Source: Candidatus Niyogibacteria bacterium (GTDB lineage Bacteria; Patescibacteriota; Minisyncoccia; HO2-45-28). From it: DNA of 64,000 nucleotides. Below are positions 63,688 through 64,000 of this stretch, piece after piece. Within the stretch, counting starts at the first letter, position 1. Each line of letters opens with the position of its first letter. Made by a program: the position numbers and the translations under genes. Under the pieces are notes generated by a model, which saw only the letters and a program-made list of their open reading frames with translations, was not told the DNA's origin and did no database searches. Location: positions 5,292 to 69,291 of the forward strand of contig JACOYI010000004.1 in assembly GCA_016181935.1 (NCBI GenBank), given 5' to 3'.

Positions 63688-64000
63688 ATGACGCGCATTC
63701 TGATCATCGAAGACGATGTCTTTATCGCGGGACTCATCACCCAGCGATTGAAAAATGATTTCCAGATCGATCTTGCGATCGCGGCGGAGGACGCGTTCAA
63801 AAAGATCGAGGAGCGGGTCCCGGATCTCATTTTGCTCGATCTTATCCTTCCGGGCGTCGATGGATTCGAGATCCTGAAAAAATTGAAAAGCGATGACGCG
63901 ACCAAAGCGATTCCCGTCATTATCCTTTCCAATCTCGGCAACCGCGACGAAGTGGAAAAAGGCATTGCCATGGGCGCCGTCAACTATCTCATCAAATCCA
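63688..64000 (+). CDS. Response regulator receiver protein (truncated by the window end)
   Basis: MTRILIIEDD...PDLILLDLILPGVDG...IPVIILSN...YLIK. Confidence 0.9.
   Translation, partial: MTRILIIEDDVFIAGLITQRLKNDFQIDLAIAAEDAFKKIEERVPDLILLDLILPGVDGFEILKKLKSDDATKAIPVIILSNLGNRDEVEKGIAMGAVNYLIKS

Noticed and set aside
63585-63983. 132-aa minus-strand ORF
   Set aside because: It is the antisense shadow of the response regulator and overlaps tRNA-Thr

Overview
This is a chromosomal segment of a small-genome bacterium using standard code 11. Gene content (unlinked intron-bearing 23S-5S rRNA, many small membrane hypotheticals, a RAYT transposase, leaderless core genes) suggests Patescibacteria/CPR, probably Parcubacteria; this is inference. 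Core genes: htpX, lemA, groES-groEL, iscU, uvrA/uvrC, secG, a peptide ABC binding protein, rnj, rpoB-rpoC, rodA, rplJ-rplL, alr, nth, a surface glycosylation cluster, ftsX-ftsE and frameshifted prfB. There are six canonical tRNAs, a 5S rRNA and a 23S rRNA with two LAGLIDADG group I introns (L1931, L2593). A Dcm/Vsr/HEPN-like islet sits at tRNA-Ser. Most unusual signals: (1) a promoter-to-terminator non-coding unit of about 750 nt made of tandem closed-stem RNAs, including a tRNA mimic with no anticodon loop (30.1-30.9 kb); (2) a 7-bp repeat family forming hairpin expansions at four 23S helices, also found intergenically and in-frame in UvrA; (3) an HNH gene between a 5' half tRNA-Gln and a complete, diverged tRNA-Gln; (4) a RAYT with REP palindromes fused to DnaA-box-like sequence, and several REP-like families inside protein-coding linkers; (5) an L1931 intron that ends in A instead of G. 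All assignments come from reading motifs by eye; no database search or folding program was run.
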